In this document: in pieces, positions 10,432 through 19,222 of the stretch
Layout of the letters: each line of letters starts with the position of its first letter
How positions within the stretch are numbered: the first letter of the stretch is position 1
From: Rhodospirillaceae bacterium
GTDB taxonomy: Bacteria > Pseudomonadota > Alphaproteobacteria > Rhodospirillales > JABHCV01
Length of the DNA stretch: 64,000 nt
Reading direction: 5' to 3'
Assembly: GCA_018671895.1 (NCBI GenBank)
Contig: JABHGV010000058.1
Coordinates: 12,759 to 76,758 of the forward strand
Made by a program: the position numbers and the translations under genes
Notes under the pieces: model-generated
Told to the model about the DNA's origin: nothing
The model's database searches: none
Seen by the model: the letters and a program-made list of their open reading frames with translations, nothing else

Positions 10432-12017
10432 TTTTTATCCAGAACGATCCTATTGCGACCGCCGTGCTTGGCCTCGTGTAGCGCCTTGTCCGATTCTTCC
10501 AGCAATTCAGATGATGTCTGGTGTTTCGGGTATTCGGCAATGCCGCAGCTTAAGGTCACAGAAAAATTTCCGGCATCGGATTTATGGGTGATGGCGGCAA
10601 AGTCCTGACGGATTTTATCGAGGATCCCGAACGCCTGTTCCGCTGTCGTGTCGGCCAACACCGCCGCGAATTCCTCGCCGCCCATGCGCCCGATGATATC
10701 CGTTCCACGCAGGCGTTGTTTCAACAACCGGGATAAACTTTTGATGACAACGTCGCCGATCGCATGACCGTGGGTATCGTTGACGGCCTTGAAATGGTCG
10801 ATGTCCAACGCCGCCACGGTAAGCGAGCTTTTACCACGATGGGCGCGGGCGACTTCCTTATCCAGAAACTCGTGGGTCGTCGTGTGATTGAGCAAGCCCG
10901 TCATGCTGTCACGAACCATTTGCGAACGCAGCATGCGGAAACGACGAACCCGCATGCTGATCGAACTAATCAAATGATTCGATTTGATCGGCTTGGTCAG
11001 AAAATCATCACCACCGGCACGCATGGCGACCAGCTGTTTGTCGACATCGGCCTCGCCGGACAGGAAAACAATGGGCACACCGGAAAAGCTTTCCTCTTGA
11101 CGGACCACGGCGGCCAATTCCTGGCCGTTGCAATCGGGCATGTATAGATCCATGAGAATAAGCTCGGGCGAATAATCTTCGAGCGTCTCCATAATCTTCA
11201 ACGGTTCGGTAATAAACTCGGCGATCATTCCGGCACTTTGCAGAATGGTTTGCGTATAGCGTGCGGTGCTGGAATCGTCATCGACGATCAGAATTCTGAA
11301 ATCCTCGCCAGTGCTGGAAATGACCATTTGATCAAGGATATCGACAATGTCAGTCGTCAACACCGGATGGCCGAGGAAATATTCCGAATAGGCCCGCGCC
11401 GCTTTAAGCCGGGTCTGGATGTCATCTTTTTCCGACAACACGATCAGGGGACACAGCAGACGACTGTCATCGTGCAACGCGCCCAGTATTTCAAGGATCG
11501 AATCTTCTGCCCCATCCATATCCAAATCGAAAATAATGCCTAAGGGGTCGGCGTCGATCAGCGCATCGGCAAGGCCGTCATCGGCCTTTAAGTAACTGGC
11601 CTTGAAATCAAAGCCTCCAAGCTCATCGCCGATCCGCTGCAAAGCATCGTGATCTTTGCCGATCAGGGTCACCGTCCTGTTTTCGACGTCAGCATCCATG
11701 CCGTCGACGGCGAACAGCGTCGTCTCGCCGGGCTTCTTGCCCAGAACATAAATCAGACTCGGCGATTTGACCTGAATATTGGCGACTTCCGGGTCGGCAA
11801 CAAACACGGTCGCTGCCGGACGTTCCAGACGCACCAGTCGGCCTTTGCTGACTTCCAGTTGCAAGCGGTTACCGGCGCTGGCGACGATTTCGACATTGCC
11901 GGTGCTGGGCGTCAGGTTTGCAACCTGCTGGGCCGGGGCCGGTGTCGCGCTTGAAAGCATGCCGATCGAGACAGTTGCGGCGATAATTTTCGAAATATGT
12001 TTTTTCATGATCATCAT
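10428..12017 (-). CDS. chimeric protein: signal peptide, secretin-type N-terminal pilus domain, receiver-like domain, receiver domain, then a GGDEF diguanylate cyclase
   Basis: The N-terminus MKKHISKIIAATVSIGMLSSATPAPAQQ is followed by a CpaC-N-like segment. The receiver has ILIVDDD / LILMDLYMPDCNG / FLTKP. The GGDEF domain has active site GGEEF and I-site RGTD. Confidence 0.85.
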   Translation of the reverse strand: MMIMKKHISKIIAATVSIGMLSSATPAPAQQVANLTPSTGNVEIVASAGNRLQLEVSKGRLVRLERPAATVFVADPEVANIQVKSPSLIYVLGKKPGETTLFAVDGMDADVENRTVTLIGKDHDALQRIGDELGGFDFKASYLKADDGLADALIDADPLGIIFDLDMDGAEDSILEILGALHDDSRLLCPLIVLSEKDDIQTRLKAARAYSEYFLGHPVLTTDIVDILDQMVISSTGEDFRILIVDDDSSTARYTQTILQSAGMIAEFITEPLKIMETLEDYSPELILMDLYMPDCNGQELAAVVRQEESFSGVPIVFLSGEADVDKQLVAMRAGGDDFLTKPIKSNHLISSISMRVRRFRMLRSQMVRDSMTGLLNHTTTHEFLDKEVARAHRGKSSLTVAALDIDHFKAVNDTHGHAIGDVVIKSLSRLLKQRLRGTDIIGRMGGEEFAAVLADTTAEQAFGILDKIRQDFAAITHKSDAGNFSVTLSCGIAEYPKHQTSSELLEESDKALHEAKHGGRNRIVLDKN

Positions 12018-12028
12018 TCCTTGCCCTT

Positions 12029-12856
12029 CTATTCGGCCTTGTCGCCGCGCAGCACATTGATCTGCCCACCGCCGGTGCTTCCGGCGACCAGGGAATTGAC
12101 TTCGGTGTCCAGGGTGAAGCCGCTGGGACGCGTTTCGGCGAATGCAACATCGTTGCGTGCCAGGCTTTGCAGGCTCAGCGACAGGTTACCCATGGCCATG
12201 CCGACGGCGACTTTTTCCGCCTGCTTCGGTGTCACTTCCATGGTTACCGTTTTCGCCGGGCTGACTTCGCCGTCCTTGCTTTCGGTTTTCTGGTCGATGG
12301 CCAACACGCGAAGGCCGGTCAACAGGGTCTTGCTGACATAGCGCGCCCGGCTTTCACCGTCGCCGCCCTTGGCATTGAATTTCGAGGTCAGGATCAAATC
12401 GACACGATCGCCCGGAAAGATGAAGCCGGAAATACCGGACGTCGCATTGACCGGAACCGATACGGCGCGATTGCCGACGTTCAGTACGGCGGCCAGGAAA
12501 CCGCGATCACCGGGATGCACGACCAGCGCGTCGGTAATGGGCTGGCCGGGTGTCAGGGCATTGCGAACGACAGAAGCTTCAAACTCCTTGATTTCGCGCT
12601 TGCCCTTGACGACATAGCCATCGGCTATACCGTCTTCGGGCCATGGCAGCCATTTCAGTTTGGCAGCCCGAACGAAGCTGCCTGCCCTTAATTCTTCGGT
12701 GGCGACCAGGACTTCGGTAGTTTCCTGACGCTCAGCCGGTGTTGCCAAGGCCTTAAAACTGGCTCGTTCCGCATTGATCCAGTTGTTGGCCATCAAGGCC
12801 GTGATGCCAGACACTGCGAAAGCGGCAATCAGGAACAGAATGTTTTTCAATGACAT
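12029..12856 (-). CDS. cpaB: Flp pilus assembly protein CpaB
   Basis: N-terminal TM anchor followed by SAF-like and RcpC/CpaB domains. It lies directly downstream of cpaA. Confidence 0.85.
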   Translation of the reverse strand: MSLKNILFLIAAFAVSGITALMANNWINAERASFKALATPAERQETTEVLVATEELRAGSFVRAAKLKWLPWPEDGIADGYVVKGKREIKEFEASVVRNALTPGQPITDALVVHPGDRGFLAAVLNVGNRAVSVPVNATSGISGFIFPGDRVDLILTSKFNAKGGDGESRARYVSKTLLTGLRVLAIDQKTESKDGEVSPAKTVTMEVTPKQAEKVAVGMAMGNLSLSLQSLARNDVAFAETRPSGFTLDTEVNSLVAGSTGGGQINVLRGDKAE

Positions 12857-12871
12857 GATCTGGGTCTCCCG

Positions 12872-13396
12872 TTACACGCCCCGGCCGAAGCCGAGCAGGT
12901 TAATGGCGACGACAACACCGCCAATAGCAATGGCAACGCCATAGGGAAGCGACGCGCCCATCAGCGCATTGCCGGAATGTCCACTGCCATATTTATCGAA
13001 AGTCAACATCAGCCCGTGGCGCAACGGCGACAGCCAGAACAAGGACATCAGGCCGCCGGCGAGGGCGCTGAAAATCAGAAAATCGGCGATATGAGGTTGA
13101 CCGGCCCACAGCGCAACAGCAGCCAGCATTTTGACATCGCCGCCACCCAGAACCTTGAAGGCAAACAGGGCGAAACCGGCCGCCAGCACGATACCACCGA
13201 CCATCAAACCGCCAATCCAATCGACGGAAACAGGGGCAGCAAGCACATAAACCGGATACAACGTGGCAATGGCCAATGTTATCCGGTTGGGAATACGGTA
13301 ACTGGAAAGGTCGCTGAAAGCCGCCGTGGCGAGCAACGCCAGAAAGGCGCCGATAACACCTGCGTAAATGAAAATTTCGAAAGTCACGTAAGTCAT
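12872..13396 (-). CDS. cpaA: A24 family prepilin peptidase CpaA
   Basis: Polytopic membrane protein with the two catalytic Asp contexts FSDLSSYRIPN and GGGDVKMLAA. Confidence 0.85.
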   Translation of the reverse strand: MTYVTFEIFIYAGVIGAFLALLATAAFSDLSSYRIPNRITLAIATLYPVYVLAAPVSVDWIGGLMVGGIVLAAGFALFAFKVLGGGDVKMLAAVALWAGQPHIADFLIFSALAGGLMSLFWLSPLRHGLMLTFDKYGSGHSGNALMGASLPYGVAIAIGGVVVAINLLGFGRGV

Positions 13397-13496
13397 GGCC
13401 TTGGGGTGCCTTTTGACTGGGGTTCGGGGTCTTCTTAAATGTTCAAATAATAATTCAATTTATACTTGGTGTTTTGCTGGCTTCCTGTCTCCTCCC

Positions 13497-13528
13497 CCCT
13501 TCGGGTCGGGTGGGGTAGACCCGAAGGG
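13497..13528 (-). other. 11-bp perfect-stem hairpin between flp and cpaA (possible attenuator or RNA-stabilising element)
   Basis: CCCTTCGGGTC (13497-13507) is the exact reverse complement of GACCCGAAGGG (13518-13528). No U-tract follows on the minus strand. Confidence 0.35.
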
Positions 13529-13573
13529 TAGACTTAAATGTCTGGGGAGGGACTTCTCAGGGAAGAAGTTCTG

Positions 13574-13753
13574 TTACTCGGCAACAGCGCCAGTAAGAGC
13601 GGTGGAAACCGCGGTGAACATTGTGTTCAAAGAACCACCCATGGCGGTCAGGGCGGCAATGGCGGCAACCGAGACGAGGGCGGCGATAAGGCCATATTCA
13701 ATGGCGGTGGCACCGGAATCGTCGTTCAGGAATTTGTTGGCAAGGTTTTTCAT
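13574..13753 (-). CDS. flp: Flp family type IVb pilin (59 aa; below the ORF-track length cutoff)
   Basis: My translation is MKNLANKFLNDDSGATAIEYGLIAALVSVAAIAALTAMGGSLNTMFTAVSTALTGAVAE. It carries the Flp motif G/ATAIEYGLI followed by a hydrophobic helix. Confidence 0.85.
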   Translation of the reverse strand: MKNLANKFLNDDSGATAIEYGLIAALVSVAAIAALTAMGGSLNTMFTAVSTALTGAVAE

Positions 13754-13904
13754 ATCAAATCTCCATTTGTTTAGGGATACAAATCATTCAATCGATGATT
13801 AATGATATGACAACTATTTAAGTATAGTCAAAATCTTTATTCACTTGTTATTTAGATGTGTATTTGGACTATATTTAAATAAAATATAGATAAAATTTTA
13901 TCTA

Positions 13905-14459
13905 TTACGAAGGACCTAATCCGCTGCCCATCTGGCTGGTCGAAAAAGCCGGATACGTTAGGGATGGACCGAAACCGGGAAAGCCGCTGAGCATCAGGAA
14001 CGGACGATCCAGATTAACCAGGCTGACCGACACCATCGGGATGATGCCGCCCGGCGTCGTTGCGTCGCCAAGCCCGACATCGGCATATTCGACAACCACG
14101 TTCGCGGCCTGAATATCTGGCTGTATCGCCTGCATTTCCGCAACCATGGTATCAAAGACCGCCGGTTGCACCGCCGCCGCCCCGGTGCATGACACACCGC
14201 CCCCGGACGACGTGCAACTGACGGTCCCGCCGGACGCAAGTCCGGAAACCTCCATAATCGGCAATGACAGCGCCACCGTGCGTACGCCCCGCCGGGTCGC
14301 CTCACTGGCGCGGTGATAATCAAATACGACCAGCGAGAACTCTAGAATAGACAAACAAATCAACACCAGGGCCGGCATCACGAATGCGAAACCGACCGCG
14401 GCCTCGCCACTCTCTTCGCGGCAAACCCGCGCGATCAGTGTTGTTTTACAATCCGACAT
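13905..14459 (-). CDS. TadE-like pilus assembly protein (pseudopilin-like)
   Basis: TadE-type N-terminus EESGEAAVGFAFVMPALVLICLSILEF. I chose the start at ATG 14459 (MSDCKTT...). The longer ORF start at 14507 would lie inside the upstream gene. Confidence 0.7.
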   Translation of the reverse strand: MSDCKTTLIARVCREESGEAAVGFAFVMPALVLICLSILEFSLVVFDYHRASEATRRGVRTVALSLPIMEVSGLASGGTVSCTSSGGGVSCTGAAAVQPAVFDTMVAEMQAIQPDIQAANVVVEYADVGLGDATTPGGIIPMVSVSLVNLDRPFLMLSGFPGFGPSLTYPAFSTSQMGSGLGPS

Positions 14460-14925
14460 AAGCCTGCTCGTGAGACAAGGTGATGGTAAACTCGGCAAGT
14501 CCGACAAAGGTCATCAATTCGGGAACCAGGGGATCCAAGGGAACATTTGCTTCCATGCGAACCACCGGGATAGCGGTTCCATCCAGATCATAGCTGCTGG
14601 TGGTAATGGAATAACTTGCCCCGGCCTTGCCCCAGCCACTGGTCAGAAAAGCACCGGAACCATCGATACTGCCTGTCTTTAAAATATTTTCGGCGATGGT
14701 GATGTCTGAAGCACTGAGCGGCATCTCTACCCGGGCCGCATACAGGGTTGCGGCGCGCAAGCCCTTCTCGACCGCATTGGCCTGAAAATAGGCGCGCCCA
14801 TATTCCTTCAGACCGCCAAACAACAGCAACAGAAACGGCGTCATCAACGCGAACTCGACGACGGCACTGCCGCGATCATCGGCTTTGAAACTTGGGATCT
14901 TATTCGACAAGTTTAACATTGGCAT
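14446..14925 (-). CDS. TadE-like pilus assembly protein
   Basis: N-terminus DDRGSAVVEFALMTPFLLLLFGG is the canonical TadE-like segment. Confidence 0.75.
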   Translation of the reverse strand: MPMLNLSNKIPSFKADDRGSAVVEFALMTPFLLLLFGGLKEYGRAYFQANAVEKGLRAATLYAARVEMPLSASDITIAENILKTGSIDGSGAFLTSGWGKAGASYSITTSSYDLDGTAIPVVRMEANVPLDPLVPELMTFVGLAEFTITLSHEQAYVGL

Positions 14926-16270
14926 GGAAGTCCGGGTCGTTGCTGGGGGTCAGAGTACGGACGATCTCGGCATAGATACCGCCCGCAGGCGCGCCATCGA
15001 CGGCCTCTGTAATGAACATCTCGAGGTAATTGCCGTTGGTCGGGTATTCGTGCGAGCCCTTGACGCCTTCGGACTGGCATTGCAACACGGCGACCTGAAC
15101 GAGACGGCGGGAATAGCCGTTGTCGGCAACCGTCGCTGTCGGTACGCCGTCGTAATCTGGATCATCGGGATGACTTGCATCAACCGGAATGTCGGTAGCC
15201 ATCGGCGTTACCGTGACGAATCCGGACGGCAGCGCTTCCTCAATGGGATAGATCGTCTGGCGGCCGTTGCGGGCGTATTCAAACCCCAATTCGTACAGGT
15301 AGACCTGATAGCGCGAGGCGTCCAGAAGGTCCGTCGGCAGCGGGGTCGAATGACGGTCCGCCCAATAAGTGGCGAGGTCCCAGTTGCCCGATCCCATATA
15401 AACGTTGGGGTCTGCGGCGACATCCGCGTCCTTGGGAAAATTAATCACGTTGGGAGCCGGATATGGCAACCCGCCCGGCAGGTCGAAGCGCGCATTGACG
15501 CCGTTTTTAACCTTGGTGGTCTTGACACCAGGCGCGGTGCCGACATCAAGGCCGTAGCAATCTGCCGGTTCGACTGCGGCAAGCGCGCCCTCGATGTCAC
15601 TGGCGCCTTGCGATCCGTCGGGCAAGGCAAGCAGTCCGTAATTACCCGGTGCCCAAGCCGTGCCACCGGACGGTGGCGGCTTCAACGCGATCTGTCGGCC
15701 AATGTTCGATTGCAGGGATAAATCCTGTGATGAATCCAGCTCGCCCGGATCGCAGATCATCAATGGCGGCGCATGACAGATAAACGGCTGCGACGACGCC
15801 GTGGCATGGGCATTCATGGTTTGCGTGTTCGGACCCGATGCCGTCACCAGCAACGGCTTGAACATGAAATCAATGCTCTTCGGGTCCAACTCAATTTCGA
15901 TGAACTTGCTATCTTCATCGCCGCTCGCGACGATCTTGTCGGGTTCAACCTCGCTATAAAAATCTACCGACTGCACCGTCAGCTCCGACGTGCCGCTGGT
16001 AATAAAGGACGCCTGACTCATGGCGTTCGTCGCCAGCGCTATCGCCCTCGACTGGGCACCGACACGACCGTCTAGCTGCGAGGCACCTGCCATCGCTCCG
16101 GCATCGGCCCGGTTCTGCATTTGCGAGCGCAGCACGCCCATGCGTCCGACATCCAGCACCAACGTCCCGGCGCCAAGTGCAAGAACACTGAAAAAACCTG
16201 TATAGACGGCGACTCCTCCGGCTTCGTCCCGAACGACCCGCTGAAACAATGAGTTGATTTTGTTTAACAT
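14900..16270 (-). CDS. TadG-like putative Flp pilus assembly protein
   Basis: N-terminus RDEAGGVAVYTGFFSVLALGAGTLVLDVGR is TadG/TadE-like, followed by a large extracytoplasmic domain. It is first in the tad gene string. Confidence 0.7.
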   Translation of the reverse strand: MLNKINSLFQRVVRDEAGGVAVYTGFFSVLALGAGTLVLDVGRMGVLRSQMQNRADAGAMAGASQLDGRVGAQSRAIALATNAMSQASFITSGTSELTVQSVDFYSEVEPDKIVASGDEDSKFIEIELDPKSIDFMFKPLLVTASGPNTQTMNAHATASSQPFICHAPPLMICDPGELDSSQDLSLQSNIGRQIALKPPPSGGTAWAPGNYGLLALPDGSQGASDIEGALAAVEPADCYGLDVGTAPGVKTTKVKNGVNARFDLPGGLPYPAPNVINFPKDADVAADPNVYMGSGNWDLATYWADRHSTPLPTDLLDASRYQVYLYELGFEYARNGRQTIYPIEEALPSGFVTVTPMATDIPVDASHPDDPDYDGVPTATVADNGYSRRLVQVAVLQCQSEGVKGSHEYPTNGNYLEMFITEAVDGAPAGGIYAEIVRTLTPSNDPDFHANVKLVE

Positions 16271-16462
16271 TATACTTACCGGTTAATAATAAACCACCGC
16301 AATTCAGGTAAGTATATATTTCCACTACTCCTTATCTCAATATATTAATACGCAACTATATTTACTCTATATTTGTTATTAATTTACGTAAAATTTTATG
16401 TAAATTTCTTTGTCCTCGCTCTCAAGGTCGCTAAAATGCCAGAACACCTGGGGGAAATTCAT

Positions 16463-17311
16463 ATGAAACTTCTACGCTACGGGCCTTCAGGCCAGGAAAA
16501 GCCCGGCCTTATTGACGAACAGGGACGCATCCGCGATCTGTCGGGAATTATTCCCGACGTCGATCCGGCGGCCCTTGCGCCCGATCGCCTGGCCCAACTG
16601 GCCAAGCACGATATCAACAGCCTGCCGTTGGTCGAGGGCACCCAGCGTCTCGGCGCACCGGTCACCGGCGTCGGCAAAATTCTCGGCATCGGTCTGAATT
16701 ATGCCGACCACGTCGCTGAAACCGGTGCCGACATGCCGACCGAACCACTGGTCTTTACTAAGGCCGTCAATTGCCTGAGCGGCCCGGGTGACCCGATCAC
16801 TATTCCCAAAGAGTCCACCTGCACCGATCACGAGGTCGAGCTTGCCTTCGTTATCGGCACCCGCGCCCAGTACGTAGAAGAAAAGAACGCCCTGGATTAC
16901 GTTGCCGGCTACGCCGTCATGAACGATGTGTCAGAGCGCGAATACCAGAAAAGCCGCGGCGGGCAGTGGATCAAGGGCAAAAGCTTCGATGGCTTCGGCC
17001 CGCTTGGACCGTGGCTGGTCACTGCCGACGAAGTACCGGACCCGCAGAACCTGAATATGTGGTGCGACATCGATGGCGAACGCCGCCAGAACAGCAACAC
17101 CAGCCAGATGATTTTCGGCGTCGCCACCCTGATCGCCGACTTAAGCCAGTACATGACCTTACTGCCGGGTGATGTCATCACCACCGGCACACCGCCCGGT
17201 GTCGGGCTGGGGCAAACCCCGCCGCTGTACCTGAAACCCGGCGAAGTCGTTGAACTGGGCATCGAGGGCCTGGGCCAGCAACGCCACGACATGGTGGCCT
17301 GGAGGAGCTAG
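16463..17311 (+). CDS. fumarylacetoacetate hydrolase (FAH) family protein
   Basis: MKLLRYG... start with the FAH-fold C-terminal domain (GIGLNYADH, ELAFVIG, GDVITTGTPPGVG). I chose ATG 16463 over the AT-rich upstream extension. Confidence 0.85.
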   Translation: MKLLRYGPSGQEKPGLIDEQGRIRDLSGIIPDVDPAALAPDRLAQLAKHDINSLPLVEGTQRLGAPVTGVGKILGIGLNYADHVAETGADMPTEPLVFTKAVNCLSGPGDPITIPKESTCTDHEVELAFVIGTRAQYVEEKNALDYVAGYAVMNDVSEREYQKSRGGQWIKGKSFDGFGPLGPWLVTADEVPDPQNLNMWCDIDGERRQNSNTSQMIFGVATLIADLSQYMTLLPGDVITTGTPPGVGLGQTPPLYLKPGEVVELGIEGLGQQRHDMVAWRS

Positions 17312-17374
17312 GGTGCATACGAGCCTTAACATCCATGTGTCATCGACCCCCTGTAATCCTGTATAATCAGAGCC

Positions 17375-18724
17375 ATGATTTCCGAACTTTCAAAAAAATA
17401 CGACCTGATGGTGCCGCGTTATACCAGCTACCCGACGGCGCCTCATTTCAGCGAAACCGTCGATGCCGAAACCTACCGGCGCTGGCTCGGCGAGTTGGAC
17501 CCGAACATACCGCTGTCGCTGTACTTCCACATCCCGTTCTGCGACGAAATGTGCTGGTTCTGCGGCTGCTATACCAAGATCGTCAAACGCTATCAGCCGG
17601 TATCGGATTATCTGGACGTCCTGCTTGGAGAAATAGACCTTGCCGCCGATGCCTTGGGCACCCGTTTCAAGGCCAAGCACCTGCATTGGGGTGGCGGCAG
17701 CCCGACAATGCTAAAGGGCCCCGACTGGTCGCGCATCATCGACCGGCTTCGCGACCGCTTCGACATTGACGACACCGCCGCCATCGCCGTCGAACTGGAC
17801 CCACGCACGGCAACTGAAGATTACGTCAAGGCGCTGGCCACAGCCGGCGTCAATCGCGCCAGTATTGGTGTGCAAAGCTTCGATGACGACATCCAAAAAG
17901 CCATCAACCGCATCCAGCCCTACGCGATCACCGCCCAGGTTATTGGCTGGCTGCGCGATAACGACATCAACGACATCAACATGGACATGATGTACGGCCT
18001 GCCGAACCAGACCGTCGACATGGTCGCCCAGGAAACCGACATGGCCATCGGCCTGAAACCTGTGCGCGTCGCCCTGTTCGGCTATGCCCATGTGCCGTGG
18101 ATGAAGTCGCACATGAAAATGATCGACGAAGACGCCCTGCCCGATGCCGATGAACGCTGGAAACAATTCGAGGTCGCCTCGAAGAAATTCATCGATGCCG
18201 GATACATTGCCGTCGGCCTCGACCATTTCGCCCTGCCTGATGATGAAATGGCGGTGGCGCTGGAATCAAACGCCCTGCACCGAAATTTTCAGGGCTACAC
18301 GGCGGACTCGGCCCCGGCCATGCTCGGTTTCGGGGCCTCGGCCATCGGTCATTTGCCACAAGGCTATATACAGAATGCATCGCCGCTAAAGGAATACCGC
18401 GATACCGTCTCGGGCGGAGAATTCGCCATCGCCCGTGGCTTCGCGCTGGCCCCCGAAGACCGCCTGCGCAGCGAGATTATCGAACGCCTGATGTGCGACC
18501 TGGCTGTCGATCTGGACGAAGTCGCCAAAAGGCACAACGCCGATGTCACCATGTTCATTCCGGAAATGGCGAAGCTGACCGATATGGCCAACGATGGCAT
18601 TGTTACCATCGGCAACAACAAAATTCAGGTAACCGAAACCGGTCGTCCGTTTGTGCGACTGGTCGCCGCCGCCTTCGATGCTTATTTATCGCAAGGCAAG
18701 GCGCGGCATTCACGCGCCGTTTAG
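17375..18724 (+). CDS. hemN: oxygen-independent coproporphyrinogen III oxidase (radical SAM)
   Basis: Radical-SAM motif HIPFCDEMCWFCGC plus GGGSPT. 449 aa. Confidence 0.9.
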   Translation: MISELSKKYDLMVPRYTSYPTAPHFSETVDAETYRRWLGELDPNIPLSLYFHIPFCDEMCWFCGCYTKIVKRYQPVSDYLDVLLGEIDLAADALGTRFKAKHLHWGGGSPTMLKGPDWSRIIDRLRDRFDIDDTAAIAVELDPRTATEDYVKALATAGVNRASIGVQSFDDDIQKAINRIQPYAITAQVIGWLRDNDINDINMDMMYGLPNQTVDMVAQETDMAIGLKPVRVALFGYAHVPWMKSHMKMIDEDALPDADERWKQFEVASKKFIDAGYIAVGLDHFALPDDEMAVALESNALHRNFQGYTADSAPAMLGFGASAIGHLPQGYIQNASPLKEYRDTVSGGEFAIARGFALAPEDRLRSEIIERLMCDLAVDLDEVAKRHNADVTMFIPEMAKLTDMANDGIVTIGNNKIQVTETGRPFVRLVAAAFDAYLSQGKARHSRAV

Positions 18725-18924
18725 CAACAATCGCCTTCCTGAATGGGGGGGCAAGGCACATCGCCATAAGAGCAATAGACGCAACAATCCCCCTTGATCG
18801 GTTTCAAGACCGCACCGCACCCCTTGCAGTCATAGAAATACTGACACGCATCCGTTGGCATGGTCTCGGTTTCCTGATGGCCGCATTCGGGGCAGGTAAT
18901 GGTGGATCGCAGTTCCGTCATCAA
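18721..18924 (-). CDS. GDCCVxC domain-containing small Cys-rich protein
   Basis: 67 aa with CPECG, CKGCG, the GDCCVYC motif and a C-terminal GDCC. Confidence 0.7.
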   Translation of the reverse strand: MMTELRSTITCPECGHQETETMPTDACQYFYDCKGCGAVLKPIKGDCCVYCSYGDVPCPPIQEGDCC

Positions 18925-19024
18925 TGGGCTTTCAAATTTTGCGATGGCTCAAGCATAGCCCACAACAATTCGTTTCACTGTAACAAGTGTGTGAGATGCG
19001 ATGAAACAGCCTAGTCGACGTTTA

Positions 19025-19049
19025 GGTCCGCTTTTGACCCAAAACAGAC
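19025..19049 (+). repeat. left copy of an imperfect direct repeat flanking the hydrolase gene
   Basis: GGTCCGCTTTTGAC-C-CAAA-A-CAGAC. The first 14 nt are identical to 20124-20137. Confidence 0.5.
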
Positions 19050-19222
19050 ATTTCATCCAATCAGATACATAGTGATGAAAATTCATCACACTCCATTGTC
19101 TGTTGACGCTATTTAGTTCTTATAGATACGCTCAAATATAAATGTAGTTTCGAACAAATTTTTATATTCCATTTACCTGTGAATCATCACTCAAGAGATA
19201 CCAAGCCTTTTGGGAGCTGCGC

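Noticed and set aside
14885-15721. Long ORFs antisense to well-supported genes. Examples: 14885-15721 (tadG), 40522-41442 (mgtE), 44268-45056 and 43641-44201 (pccA), 36227-36889 (SDR/M28), 25639-26184 (pyrE), 12167-12691 (cpaB), 47948-48586 (pccB), 49913-50542 (ATP12/HAD), 17711-18226 (hemN).
   Set aside because: These are typical stop-poor antisense frames of GC-rich coding DNA. They have Arg/Gly/Ala/Pro-rich low-complexity translations with no motifs, and each is fully embedded in a gene with clear family signatures.
16373-16462. The N-terminal 30-codon extension of the FAH-family ORF.
   Set aside because: It lies in the AT-rich divergent promoter region and encodes low-complexity Phe, Tyr and Val codons. 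MKLLRYGPSG at 16463 is the typical family start.
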